A DNA stretch of 58,904 nt, counting the filler, from Perkinsus olseni (Eukaryota), in the NCBI GenBank assembly GCA_013115125.1. It is 4 parts of 4 records of this genome, joined end to end, with 100 filler letters (N's around TTAATTAATTAA, not from the genome) between each part and the next. Parts side by side here need not be neighbours in the genome. Positions count along the whole stretch, not along the records: positions 14,890 to 29,611 come from JABANN010000725.1; positions 29,712 to 44,268 come from JABANN010000726.1; 2 more parts are not named here. The stretch is one strand, 5' to 3'. The notes under the pieces are model-generated. The model was not told where the DNA came from. It did not search any database and worked only from the letters and a program-made list of their open reading frames with translations. The position numbers and the translations under genes were made by a program. This document shows positions 23,382 through 35,728 of this stretch, piece by piece (within the stretch, counting starts at the first letter, position 1; each line of letters begins with the position of its first letter).

Positions 23382-26165
23382 TAGCCCCGGGGGAGGTGGT
23401 AGGTCACCTCCTTTCTTTATGCCAAGACCTGCTCATGACAATGAATAACGAGGACTAGTATGATGTGATACTCACCAGGCGGGGGTCCTGAGAAGTCCGA
23501 CGACTGGGCCGAGTTGCCTGCTGCTCCTCCGGCTGCTGTTGATGATGATGGTGCTGGATCATCTCCCAAGTCAAAAGTCATGGCGTTCCATTGATCATAC
23601 TGAAGAATAGTTGTTCAGGCCGCCATTCACACTATTCGGCTGTTGGTCACCTCAGTATCATCCTCCCCATCCCTGATCCCCATGTCCTCCTCGTGATGAT
23701 GATGCTTGTTATCATCATCATGTTGTTGATCACGAGTTGATCTACCTATCCCAGGCGGCGGGGCATTAGTACTCGATGTAGCTGTAGATGGTTGTTGTTG
23801 TTGGTGAGGTTTGGTGGAGGACTGATGATGTACATTAGCCCTGGAACCCCCCTTGGCAGCAGCAGCAGCAGCAGCAGCAGAGGATGCCAGAGAAGATGCC
23901 GAGCTAGGAACAGCAGCGGCAGCAGCAGTAGCAGTTGAAGTAGTGGCAGCAGAGGCAGCGTTTGTAGCCCATGCAGCATTGGAGAGACCTGGCATGAATG
24001 AAGATCCAGTGCCCTCTCTTCTTTTTCTTATTCTCATTAAAGTCTTACCCGTGGTGCCCCAAGCCTTGGCAGCAGCTTGAGCTGTAACATCTGCCTGTGT
24101 GCCGGTAGGAAGATGCAAGCCAGCAAAACCACTACCAAAACCTCCGCTACTGCGAGCAGTACTTGGAGCGTCTGAAATGATAATAATAGCAGTAGTGAGG
24201 AAGGACTAATAGTGATAGTAGAACTCATAATACCAGCTCCCTGACGATGACGGCTCTGTTGCTGCTCCAGATTACCAAGCACCTGATATCATCTTCGTAA
24301 AGATGCTTGATTACTTGCCATTACTACTTGATCCAAGTAACGCTCTGATACATGCGGGTGTTGTTGTTGTTGTTGTTGTGATGATGATGATGATGATGCT
24401 GCAGTGGCATGTTGTTGTGGCGTTGAAGGAGCGCCAGCAGCAGCAGAGATGTCATGATTATAGGCACAGCGGTCACCATAGGCGCACCTAATGACAGTGG
24501 GTTATAATGAGTGGTACATAGTAGGAGTGGTAGTATTACCTTCCCATGAGATGGAATTTGCATGGTAGTGTCTTGGCCTTTGCCCTTCCCATATTCATAG
24601 CCTCCTGTTGGCTGGCTATCTGAGCAGCCATCAAACTCTGCTGCTGTTGTTGTTGTGTAGTCGATGCTGTAGGGGTGCTCGCATTAGATGGTCCCTAGAT
24701 AACAACCATAGATAACGATAGGACAAAGAACGCTTGTATAGTGATAGTATTATGACCTGATGTTGTTGCTGTTGTGGTCTAGCAGCGGTAGCCTGGTCAG
24801 AGGATGGTGGTGGAGTATGCCGTTGTTGGGCAGCAGCGGCAGCAGCAGCAGAGGCGGCTGCGTGTTGGGCACCCTGCCTTGCTGATGCTGCTATGGCTTG
24901 TGTTAGTCCAACCGATCCCGTTATTTGACCCGATTGAACCTATAACCGATAATGACGATCATCATGAGCATCATCATACTAGGACTAACCTGTGCTGATA
25001 GTTGCTGTTGTAGTTGCGCTATCATAGCAGGCGGTAGATGACGTAGTGGCTCACGTCCAGTTGATGTGTGCAGGTATCTGTTGATAATAACAGCAGCATG
25101 ATGATGAAGAGTTGTTGTTGTTGTTATTGTCATATCTACTTATTACCTGCACTTATCACCAAACTTACACCATCCAAAGGTAGTAAAGAAGGGGCAGGGT
25201 GTGGCGCCTGGTGCTGCCTTGGTAGCCTGTGTTGTACCACCAGCAGCAGCAGCAGCAGAGGGGATAGGGCTGGGGGTGGCTGATGACGATGGCACTGATG
25301 AACCTGTTAGGTATTGAGAATACTAATGTATCCATGCATCTGACCTTGACCCTGCTGCTGTTGTTGAGTCGGGACTTGTGTTCCAAGTTTGTTAGCCAAG
25401 GCTGATGATAATAAGAAGCGTGCCCAAGATAAGTACGGCTTATTATTATTATTACCCTGAATCATCCCACCCCACTCTTGACCAGTTGCCTGTTGTGTCT
25501 TTACTTGCTGTTGCTGTTGTTGATGTTGTAGAACAGCCTTAGCATTAGCACGTGCCTGAGTGATAACGAAGACGATGACGAGGATGGATGTGAAAGAGCA
25601 GATGATGAAGTGCCTACCTGTTGTTGGGCTGCAGCCGCTGCTGCCAATTGCGCTTGTTGTCGAGCTTGCTGCTGTTGTTGCACCAATAACTGTAATTGTA
25701 TTTGTTGTTGTCGAGGTAGATTAGCCATGAGCTGTGCTATTCCCGACTGTGTAGCTGCTGGATTGCTGCCTGAACAACAATACCACAACAATAATACTTC
25801 CTACTCATACTGTAACTCGAGGGGCAGCTCGAGTCACAGCAGCGAGCCACCAAGAGCAGTAGTAGATAACGATATTACTTCTATTAAGGACTTCGGCAAT
25901 AGACTTGGATATGTTAGACATGCCACCAGCTGCTGCTGCTACTGCTGCTGACGATGATGATGATGGTCCAGGCTGCTGACTGGTGGCAGTAGGCTGCTGG
26001 TGCTGCTGCTGCTGACCCGGCACGAAAGGTGCCGCAGCAGCAGCTGATGAGGATGGTGCCTGAATGTATGATAATGAGCATGACAGAGTGAGCGAGTATT
26101 ACCTGCTGATGCGCTGCTGCTGCTGCGGCTGCTATTTGCTGCTGTAGAAGCTGCTGAGTTGCAGT

Positions 26166-26204
<39 letters not shown>

Positions 26205-27134
26205 TGCAGTGGCTGCTGCTGTAGGTTGGTGTGCAGATGATGGCGTGGAAACTGTTAGACCTCCTGTTGAACCCCCCGCCCCTCCAGAAGGAGTAACCAC
26301 CTACAAGCGCTATGCTGCTGCTACTGGTTGATTTTACGCTACTGTTACTACTGATGCTGTGGATGCCGTAACTGATGATGACGCTTGTTGTTGTTGTTGT
26401 TGTTGTTTATCCATAGGTTGTTGTTGTTGTTGTTGATTGGTGTCCATTTTAGATTCATGAAGGATCTTAGTGAGATCGAAGGACGGAGCATCAGTTGCAT
26501 CATCTTCATCTGATACCTAATCGCAATAATGGCGGTGATGGCGTGGAGCATTGTCATACGGTAAGTGATGACAAACATACCATATCTGCATTGGCATCGT
26601 CATCATCATCTCCACCACCTTCAACCTTGGCTGTCAGCTTACGTAGCTGCTTTTTCAATCCAATAACCTAATAATGATGATAATGTTAACAACAACAACA
26701 ACAACAACAACAACAATCGCGTCACGAGCAGACGACGAGCACTCATCGCGTTGTTACCTGTGAGTGGTTTTCCTTCAACTTCATCTCGCATTGTTGCAAA
26801 ACAAGAGCTAAGTCACTTCGGTACAGCTGAGTAACTCTGAGTGACGATTACGAATCGTGCGAAGGGTGGTAGTAATGATAGTAGTAATACCTCTGTTGAA
26901 CATCAGATTTCTCCTTGTGCCAAGCCGTGAATACAGTATGCTTAAGTTGAGCCAATTGTTCAGTATTCTGACCGCATCTCAGAGTCAGTTCTTGCTTCAA
27001 TTGAGCCATCTTCCTTTTCACATCCTCCAAATCAGTCGACAGGCTTTGTTGCTTCTCAACAACATCTGTTACTGCTCGGGTTAGTTCACCATGCTTGGCA
27101 TGATAGGCTCGGAGCACCTGATAATAATAATACC

Positions 27135-27181
<47 letters not shown>

Positions 27182-27870
27182 GTAAGAATGATCAGTATCA
27201 TTATCCAGCATTATCCAAAATAGGATCCTTAAGAAGCTGACTATCACTATTACTACTACCTCATCATTCCGAACCTTGGCTATTTTAATCTGCCTCACCA
27301 CCTCCTGCATCTCATTCATCATTCTGATATTATGGCGTTTGATGAGATCCTAACAACAACAGCAGCAGTCGTTCGGTAAAAGCAGCAGCAACAGGAGCAT
27401 TGTTACTACCTGTTCCATCGAAGTGCTCTTCTTCTCAACTTCTGTCATCAGAGCCGGCCACACCTGGTGACACTATGCCAACAGCAATGGTATAAGTAGT
27501 ACTACCTTATTAACCATAGCTTGCAAATCAGGATTATCCATTTTAGGTGGAGACGCAGCTGACTTAACTGCACTCTCTGGGGCATCATCACCACCATCCT
27601 TATGCTGCAGCTGCTGGTCCTGATGATGATGATGATAGCCTATGAGTATTGCCTTCCTCTTGACTATTACATTATCTATATTAGTAGCCTTCCTATTCTG
27701 CTGTGTATCATCCCCTCCTTGGTTAGCATCTACGTATCATACTAATCATCATGACTAGCAGGTTTACTAATACCACTAGGTGACGATACAGGTGTCCTCC
27801 TCTTCCCTTGCTCATCATGTTCATCCATGTTGTAACCGCTGCTACTCTGTTGTTGGTCAGGCGTCGACAT
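23268..27870 (-). CDS. Large multi-exon hypothetical protein: N-terminal coiled coil plus Q/A-rich low-complexity region (may be more than one gene)
   Basis: Many short introns. Start MSTPDQQQSSSGYNMDEH, coil VVEKQQSLSTDLEDVKRKMAQLKQEL, poly-Q/A tracts, end NNNKKKK*. Confidence 0.55.
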
Positions 27871-28048
27871 AATGTTACGACAATAACGAAAACGCCACTA
27901 ACACCACCAAAGCTAGAGTCTTGAGCAACAACAAATCCTTCCTTCCAAATTCCCACTAAATCGTTGTGTGTAAACTTCCGACATCGAACTTTCTCACTCG
28001 ATGCGGAATTATTTCCTCATTTCTTCAAACGCTGGGGGACAGCGCCCG

Positions 28049-28313
28049 GTGGTCCGAACGTGGGCTAAAAGTGGTCCGAACGTAGGCAGAGCTCGTAATG
28101 GAGAAAATTGCAAGGTATTGACGCGGGCCTTCGGCCCGCTTTTTCACCAAGGCTGTTTATGTGACCCTGCCGAGCTTGGGCGCTTGTGGGCGAAAGTCAA
28201 TATGGTCTACACTCGGACCGCTGCGCGCATCATTTTTTATGGAAAAATGACCGGTGCCGGGATCGAACCAAAGACCTCATCCGACTTCTGGGGGCAAACA
28301 GATTGCGTCACTA
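28049..28313. mobile_element. Candidate non-autonomous element with a tRNA-like Pol III fragment and a GC hairpin
   Basis: Duplicated GTGGTCCGAACGT (28049, 28071), hairpin GCGGGCC-TTC-GGCCCGC (28123-28139), and a minus-strand B-box GGTTCGATCCC followed by a T5 run. Confidence 0.35.
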
Positions 28314-28736
28314 TTTATTTCGGGGCCCGTCACTATTCTTGCACTCTGCACTAACTCTTCTGTCCCTATTCTGCGCATTTCTGAGAAGGTGAGTGACGGC
28401 AATCGGGCAGTAGGGATACATCAATCGAGGGCACCAATGAAGCCCGTCAGCGCGATACTACGTCAGACGTACAGCATTACCGTAGAGTCTACGTCGTAGA
28501 CTGGCTTCAGTTTATAAAGGCGTGCGACTGCCTAGGCTATAATAGCTGTGCTTCCATGTCCTCTTTGATGTCCAACGATGGAAGTTGACGCAAAGGAGGA
28601 AGATCCCGCTAAACGAACAAGTGCAGGGGAGCTTCACCAGAAAGTTCAGCACAAAGGCATCCCTTGGCACCTTAGGGTTGATAAGAGTGATAACGTTAGC
28701 TTCTATTCGCCTTAGCTTCGCCTCGAAGCTTCGCCT

Positions 28737-29611
28737 GCTTCGGGGCACTGCTTATCCACTTTCTCTGTAGTTCAGCATGGCACGAGCCCAGCCGATGAGC
28801 GTATCAGCTTTGAGTAACATATTTCCAGGGTCGCTACAAGGCAGCCCTGTCAGAATCGGGCACGACACTTTCAGTTCGTTGACTTCCTATCAAATGGCAA
28901 ATGCTCAGGTGAAGAACAGACCTCGCCACGCTACCTGGTACTTCGACGCTTCATCGGGCTGGCGTCTTCACAAACTCGTTCCACAAGACTGATAAGCTCT
29001 ATGCAGCATATTTCCGAGCTTTGTGATAGCCAAATCCATGTGAGCGCCAACAAAGTACCCAGCGATCCGTGATACGTGCAGTACGCAGTGTGCTCAACTC
29101 GTCGAACGTGCGTCGGCAGACGTTATGGCCCTGATTATGCGAATGTGGGCTCCCAGATCATTACCTACTCTCTCATTCTTTCGTTTAGACAGAAGCAGTC
29201 TCGTAAAACACTTTTCCGAGCTGAAAAAGAACCAGCTGTATCGCATGCTGAAGCGAGCATCGCCGGACTCGACCTATACATGATGTAGTAAATGCTCAGT
29301 TTGGATACCGTCCTCGCTTCGGAGCACTATTTATCCACTTCCTCTGTACTTCAGCATGGCACGGGCCCTGCCGATGAGCGTATCAGCTTTGAGTAACATG
29401 TTTCCAGGGTCGCTACAAGGCAGCTCTGTCGGAATCGGGCACGACCCTTTCAGTTTGTCGACTTCCTATCAAATGGCAAATGCTCAGGTGAAGAACAGAC
29501 CTCGCCCCGCTACCTGGTACTTCGACAGTTCTTCGGGTTGGCGTCTTCACAAACTCGTTCCACAAGACTGATAAGCTCTATGCAGCATATTTCCGAGCTT
29601 TGTGATAGCCA
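28737..29611. repeat. Direct duplication of about 295 bp (28737-29031 and 29317-29611; period about 579 bp), truncated by the contig end
   Basis: Near-identical copies, also visible as the twin 71-aa ORFs at 28777 and 29356. Confidence 0.9.
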
Positions 29612-29711
29612 NNNNNNNNNNNNNNNNNNNNNNNNNNNNNNNNNNNNNNNNNNNNTTAATTAATTAANNNNNNNNNNNNNNNNNNNNNNNNNNNNNNNNN
29701 NNNNNNNNNNN
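29612..29711. other. Artificial contig spacer
   Basis: N44-TTAATTAATTAA-N44. Confidence 0.97.
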
Positions 29712-29928
29712 TACCATAGCTAAAAGGGTGCACGCATGTACACTGAGATTGGGAGATAGACACAATAAGACATTCCTCTAACACTGTTCCTTTTTGGTCT
29801 CTGCCTTACCGCGGGCGACTCCCCCGCAAGTGGAGAGGCGGACGTTTGAGGGCTTCTACTCGGATATTTCTTCTTTCCTGGTGGCTGAGGACTTCTTGAA
29901 TCTGTGCACACTCGCCGCTCCGTGAAAA

Positions 29929-30437
29929 CCACTGAGTGCGATTCGACCTACCTGTGCCTTGCAAAGGTATCCTCTCTTCTCTCTCTTCTTCTCTCGCGCA
30001 TNNNNNNNNNNNNNNNNNNNNNNNNNNNNNNNNNNNNNNNNNNNNNNNNNNNNNNNNNNNNNNNNNNNNNNNNNNNNNNNNNNNNNNNNNNNNNNNNNNN
30101 NATTGAATATTTGCCGGAATTACCACTTTCAGACACCGAGGTAAGAGGCCGTTCAACTGCCTCCCTGCCGGACCCGCGATCGTCTAGCCCTGACAGAGAA
30201 GAGCGGCACTCATCGCCAGCGAGCCGCGTCCCGTGAGAGCCACTGAGTGCGATTCGACCTACCTGTGCCTTGCAAAGGTATCCTCTCTTCTCTCTCTTCT
30301 TCTCTCGCGCATGAACCGACGGACGCTTCGCCTGACAGCCCACGGTACAAATCACATTGAATATTTGCCGGAATTACCACTTTCAGACACCGAGGTAAGA
30401 GGCCGTTCAACTGCCTCCCTGCCGGACCGGCGATCGT
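29929..30437. repeat. Tandem repeat, unit about 253 bp, spanning a 100-N gap
   Basis: 29929-30001 recurs at 30240-30312, and 30102-30183 recurs at 30355-30437. Confidence 0.85.
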
Positions 30438-31491
30438 GTAGTAGATATTTTATCTTCTAAGGAGAGCCCCTTTATCACCGGGTCACCTGAGAACTACCTT
30501 CATCAACGATCAGAATTGAATTAATTGAATTAATTACACGCGTGTAACACGCAACAGTTACGCGCTACTTAGGCAAGCGCCCAGTAGCGATGCATGTCTT
30601 TTACCATCTCTTGCGCCAAATTCGCCTGCAGCTCCAGATGGATACCCCTCGAGACGCTCTATGGACATGGTTTCGGATAACTACAAATTGTTGTGTACAA
30701 TCCGCCGGTAGGATAATGCGGATTGTCAAGGTCGGAGACCCCTATCATGGCGTACAATGCGCTCCCGTGACGCACGGCGCGCCAGCGTATTTTTGGGCGA
30801 GCGAGATTTCTTCCTTAGGAAAATAACATTCTCCTTAGATTTCTGCAATTTACCCAGGCGGACACCGGTTACACGCTACGTGGCGCGGTAGCGTACGCGT
30901 GCGCGCACTCGTGCCGTCGGCGCATCGTCGCTCGACCACTCGCTTTCAAAAATGTTCCTGAAATACACGGAGCATCCCAACTTGAGTCTGCCCGATTATC
31001 ACCGCACCCATGAGGGGAGCGGCCTGTTCCGCAATATGACTCTACCGTCCCGGGCCGGGACTCCTGGCGACCCACCGTCCGCACAATCCTGTGTGAACAG
31101 TTTGAGCCGGGCTCTGCGACAATCAGCCAAACAGAGTTCGCCTGTGGGTGGACTGTTACGCTCCGCTCGCGGGAAGACTAGTCTAGTAGCTATATCTCAA
31201 GATCCATTTAACTTTGAGGCTGTGAAACTCACAGGCCACCCTCTGGCCTCGTCTTCTGCATATGCGCAAGACAATTACAACATGAATGTGCAAGGAACGA
31301 GACTCTTCAAATGCGCTCCATCGGGAGTACAACGTGGATCATCCGAGGCCCGCGCAATCATCCAAGTAAGAGCGGCAAGTGGATCTCCGAAGTTCGGGCT
31401 CGACGCGGTCCGACACAGTGGCGCGCCCGACGAGAGAGAGACGGGAGACGTGCTGGCAACCGATAGAGCGTCTCCGTAACACATTCCTAAC

Positions 31492-33445
31492 ATGCTTCGA
31501 AGACTCGCCCAACTCATCCTCCTTCAAGCGCTTCACACCGGCGACGCGATCCCAGACTCTGACCTAGTCTCAGCCGAAATATACAGGAGTATCGGTCCTA
31601 TCGGCAACTTCTCGACAATCGTCTTGGCGCTCGATGACAATATGATGTCGTCCATCACCTTCTACCTGCCTGGTATGTCACGGCCGCTTTTCGCCCGCCG
31701 GCACCAGCTGCAGTCGGATGGAGCCGGTTGTTTGAGGTATGCGGCCGGGGAGCCTAGCGATACGGCTTTGGCTCACTCGAGCATGGAAGATGTCAAGAAG
31801 AGACTCGGCGACGGTTTGTCCCAGGAACTCGATTGGAGCGAGATGAAGTCCAGACACAGCCACGACTGCTCGTCTGATACTCAATGGTCGGTCGCACGTG
31901 CTGCGCCGGAACGGTAAATATATTCTTGCGGGAGCAAGGGCTGGTCCCAGGGACTCCAACCGTCAAGGAAGTCATCACGAGGATACAAACGCAGTCGCTT
32001 CGAGCGCCACGGTCGCCAGGAGACCGGAGAGTAACTCGGTGCGTGGAGCGCTCGAGAAAGATTTAGCCAGGAATCCCTCGGTATCTCTCACTGGAAAACA
32101 ACAGCAGCTTGCTTCAGTCAGTCTGGGTGATGCGCAGAGAGCGAGCCCTCCCAACATTGTCACGTACGAGAATACTGAGCCCGTACCTGGCTTGCGGAAA
32201 ATGCGGTTGGCCCTACGGAACGACGTCCTCTGTTCTTTAGAATTCTATCGGCAGGGGGCACCACTTCCGCTGATAATCGGTCCGTACAAGATGGTCCCCA
32301 GTCTTCTCACGGGGTGCCTCAAGTATGACTTGAGCGACCCTTCACTCTATCAGAAGGTTGCCGCCGACCTCAACCGTCTGACCGAATTGTGGGCTGGCGA
32401 CCGAGCCAAGAAGATACTGCCGACGGCTGTAGCTATTCGTCGGCTGAATCATGGCCAAGTTGAATTAATTATCGGACCAGAAAGATACAACCTGACCTCG
32501 ACGAACACCCCAGTATTGAAGAAAAAACCTGAGCATTCTTTATACTCGGTGACTACAGATGCAGCTGACTCGGAGATTCGTGGCCTCGCCTCCTCGTCTC
32601 GCGAGAGAGAGCGGCCGAGGATCGAGAGAGTTCGAGGGCCTTCGAGTCTAGCCGCCGCCCAAAGCGTAGGAGCACAGAGGTTTGACGAGGAGACAAGGCG
32701 AGAGTGCGGCGCGTCGAAGCCTTCCAAGCGTCCACGGCTCGAGCCCGCGGTCGCGACTCAGACCAGGCTGCATGCGGTGAGATTGCTCCATGCTGGTGTA
32801 TACGAAAGCGAGTTACTCATTCCCTACTTCGCTAAGGTCTTCATGAAGATCGAGGCCGAACTATCGTGCTCCTTGGCCTTCTTGTTTGGGGACAACACAT
32901 CACAAGTCTCACTAGGGCCCTACAGAATGATGATTAGCCTACGGACAGGATGTTTAAAGTTCGACCTGGAGGATGTCTCGGTGCGCTCTCGAGTAGTCGG
33001 AGCCTTCAGAGCACTGTCAAAAAAGCTCAGTCTGGAGGGTCTCCCTAGGCTCTATGCGACTGAGATAGAGGTTTGCGGTTCACTATCAGGGCAAGTGGAA
33101 TTGTCTATCGCAAACACACGGTATCCGATGCAGCCGACTAAGGCTTCGATAGAAACAAGCCGTCCGTTAGAAACACAGGAATCCCGAAGAGCCGTCGGTA
33201 CCCCAGGAGGAGCCGCAGTAGAGAGCTTTCTTGGAGCCAAGAGCCACCAGCCCACTGGCAGGGCACCGCCCTCAGCTCCCCCGATGCAGGCATTCCAGAC
33301 CCCCAGGGTGGGGTTTGATGACGCCGACCTCTTCGAAGACCTCTGGGCACAGCTCACTCGCAGCCCTACCGAGCCTAGCCCTGGTGATTTGATACCCGAT
33401 GCCCTGCTGGATTATCTTGACCCAATGCATGAGGAGGTGATTTGA
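31492..33445 (+). pseudogene. Secreted triple-repeat-domain protein, copy A (frameshift at about 31848)
   Basis: Signal-peptide-like start MLRRLAQLILLQALHTGDA. ORFs 31492 and 31898 join if the 5 nt present in copy B are restored. Collinear with copy B. Confidence 0.75.
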
Positions 33446-34038
33446 GACCAGTCCCCACCATTTTGTCATCACTCACCGACATTGTCATCGGCGGCAGTCT
33501 ACTCCGGCGAGCTCTCTAATGTGTGTGGCTTGATACTTCGATCAAGAGTCGGAGTCACCCTCCTTCTGTAGTTCAACTCTCTCATGTGGCTTAGTTGTAT
33601 GGAGAGCTGATTGTGTTCAGTGTCACTTGAATAATGCAACTTCAATCTCCATCAAGTCCGTATGAATCACGATGCGATAGAACGTTGTCGCCTTCACGGT
33701 TCGAATCTCGACGGCTCATCAAGGATCACAGCGTTAACGGTCCATCGGTGTTAATGACCAGGCAGTGTGACTATTAGTCACGCGATGTTGTGCGCCCCAG
33801 TTGACTCTAACGCAAGCGTGCAGAAAGGAGCAATGAACGCCTCGTGTATTGCGCGCAACTGCGTAGGCGCTATCAGCTGGCCGCAAAATGCGCGACTATA
33901 GAGACAATGCAAAGTATACGCTCATGAGTGATCATGCACAAAACGACACAAGGACGGGCATGATAATGGGTAATATCGAATCATAACTCCTGTACTGCAG
34001 AAGCAGACTAACGCGGAGGTGAACGCCGTGGACCACCT

Positions 34039-34745
34039 TCACTGGACTTTCTCAAGAGCAAAGACCTTCGACCCGACGCCTGGACCGACTTCTATATACA
34101 CCCTTGTCTCTGTAGCTGGCGATACGACAAAGCCGATGATGTCTGTCGGTAGGTCATGTAGCACACAAGTTGCCGCCAAAAGTCTGAAATGTGGTTCAAC
34201 GAATGGATCCAAGATAAGTCCTCCTAGTCCGGCTTCAATTTCGAATGTTCTTGACACTTCAGTGCCCTCAGTACAACTGACGGTCATCTTCAACTGGCTT
34301 GTAAGCTCTACGGTCATCTTGAGGCCGTCATTCTCATAGACATATGCACCTTGTGGCAAAGGGAGAGCTTCTTTGATGAAAAGGAGGCCTTGGACTTGTG
34401 TTCCAATAGTGAAGTGTCCAGGGCCATCGAATGTGACGACTGATAACTCAAAACCCAAGTTGTTAGCCAGGACCTGAAAGTCCGAGAAGAAACCGCCGTC
34501 TACGGCTGCGAAGTCAACGATGTACTTCTCAGGACCTCCTCTGAGCCTCAGAGTCTGAGGGGATATCGAGCACTGACCAGGGGCTGATTAGTGAATAGTG
34601 AAGCCAGAATAGTGTATTCAATACCAGCCTCGTTTATATCGGCAGTTATATTGGCAGCTGGCGACACTAGTGAGAATTTACCAATGAACTGAGCACTAGC
34701 GTTCACCATAGTGGCGATGAGCCAAGTCGTGAAGAATTTCATCAT
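34039..34745 (-). pseudogene. Small secreted two-domain protein (about 230 aa) broken by a 14-nt palindromic insertion
   Basis: Signal peptide MMKFFTTWLIATMVNASA. Deleting 34540-34553 fuses ORFs 34548..34745 and 34039..34458 in frame (YPLRGGPEKYIVDF). Confidence 0.75.
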
Positions 34746-35728
34746 TGATGTAGTGGAACAGTTCTATGAGAAGTGAATCCTGGAAATGGAGGTACGGCGC
34801 TCAGCAGGAATCGCAGTTGGAGTTGAAGCCAACTTGAGCTCAGCAGTGCGCACTATGAGCCGATTCAGTGTGAATAGCCAGCCCGTGGAACAGGCCTCAT
34901 TTAAGTATCTCGGTAGCTCAGACATTCATAGCGTGATCGAAGATATCGATCCTGACACCCGTACGCCCACGCATGCTTAGTATTCCTCTGTGACACAGAG
35001 GGACCTCGAATGGCAGACAAGCTTATCTACCCAGTTTTATTCGGGGGGAGGGGGTGAGAGTATTAGCCATGCTTGCTTGCACAAGACGATCGGCACACAA
35101 TGAGCAACACGCGTGCAGAGTAGTGTACACTATAGTGACGCCTATGGTGTACGCTATGTCACAGCTGCAGCCTGGTTCAGTACCACTCAGCTCTTAGTTT
35201 GCTGCTGAAAGGTACCATTAGTATCTGATAACCATCTGACCTTACTATGCGCCTTGCACTCGCGTGCATGAGTATACGTGCTACACCAAGCTTAGCTCAG
35301 TAAGCTGTAAGTCACATTATTGCCCAGCTCCCACCTAGTCCATTTTTACCTCTCTTTGAGCCCCGTCTCAAATAGCCACACTGTACGGAGCTATAGTGCA
35401 AGTGACCACTCTGCCCGCTCTGCTCTACTCTACTGAATCCCCGTCTGACGGGGATTCGCCTACGGCCTACTGTAACTAATCTTTTCTCACTCGATTGAAA
35501 CCCGAGGAAACTACAGTAGCGACTTCCTAAGAGTCGAGTCGACTCAGTCGACGATTCGAGTTGGAAAGATTAAAACCGTTACACAGTCCGCCGACTTCCA
35601 CGGTGCTATCTCGACCGGCCCCGTCATGTCTCATTTTGTCTTGTCAGTCTGTGAGCTTGCCGCGCGCCCAATTAGAGACGGGAGCCGAAGTGACGAGGCA
35701 CTGGCCGTCTCCGTTATAAATACGCAAC

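Noticed and set aside
28123-28144. Hairpin plus T-run as a bacterial rho-independent terminator
   Set aside because: Eukaryotic contig with no bacterial gene upstream; treated as part of a possible mobile element.
28243-28313. Intact tRNA gene
   Set aside because: A B-box is present but there is no pairing acceptor stem or clean anticodon arm.
28950-28990. In-frame TGA in the duplicated unit as selenocysteine
   Set aside because: No CxxU/UxxC context, no SECIS identified, and coding status is unsupported.
30952-31479. 175-aa ORF upstream of copy A
   Set aside because: No recognisable domain and no counterpart upstream of copy B.
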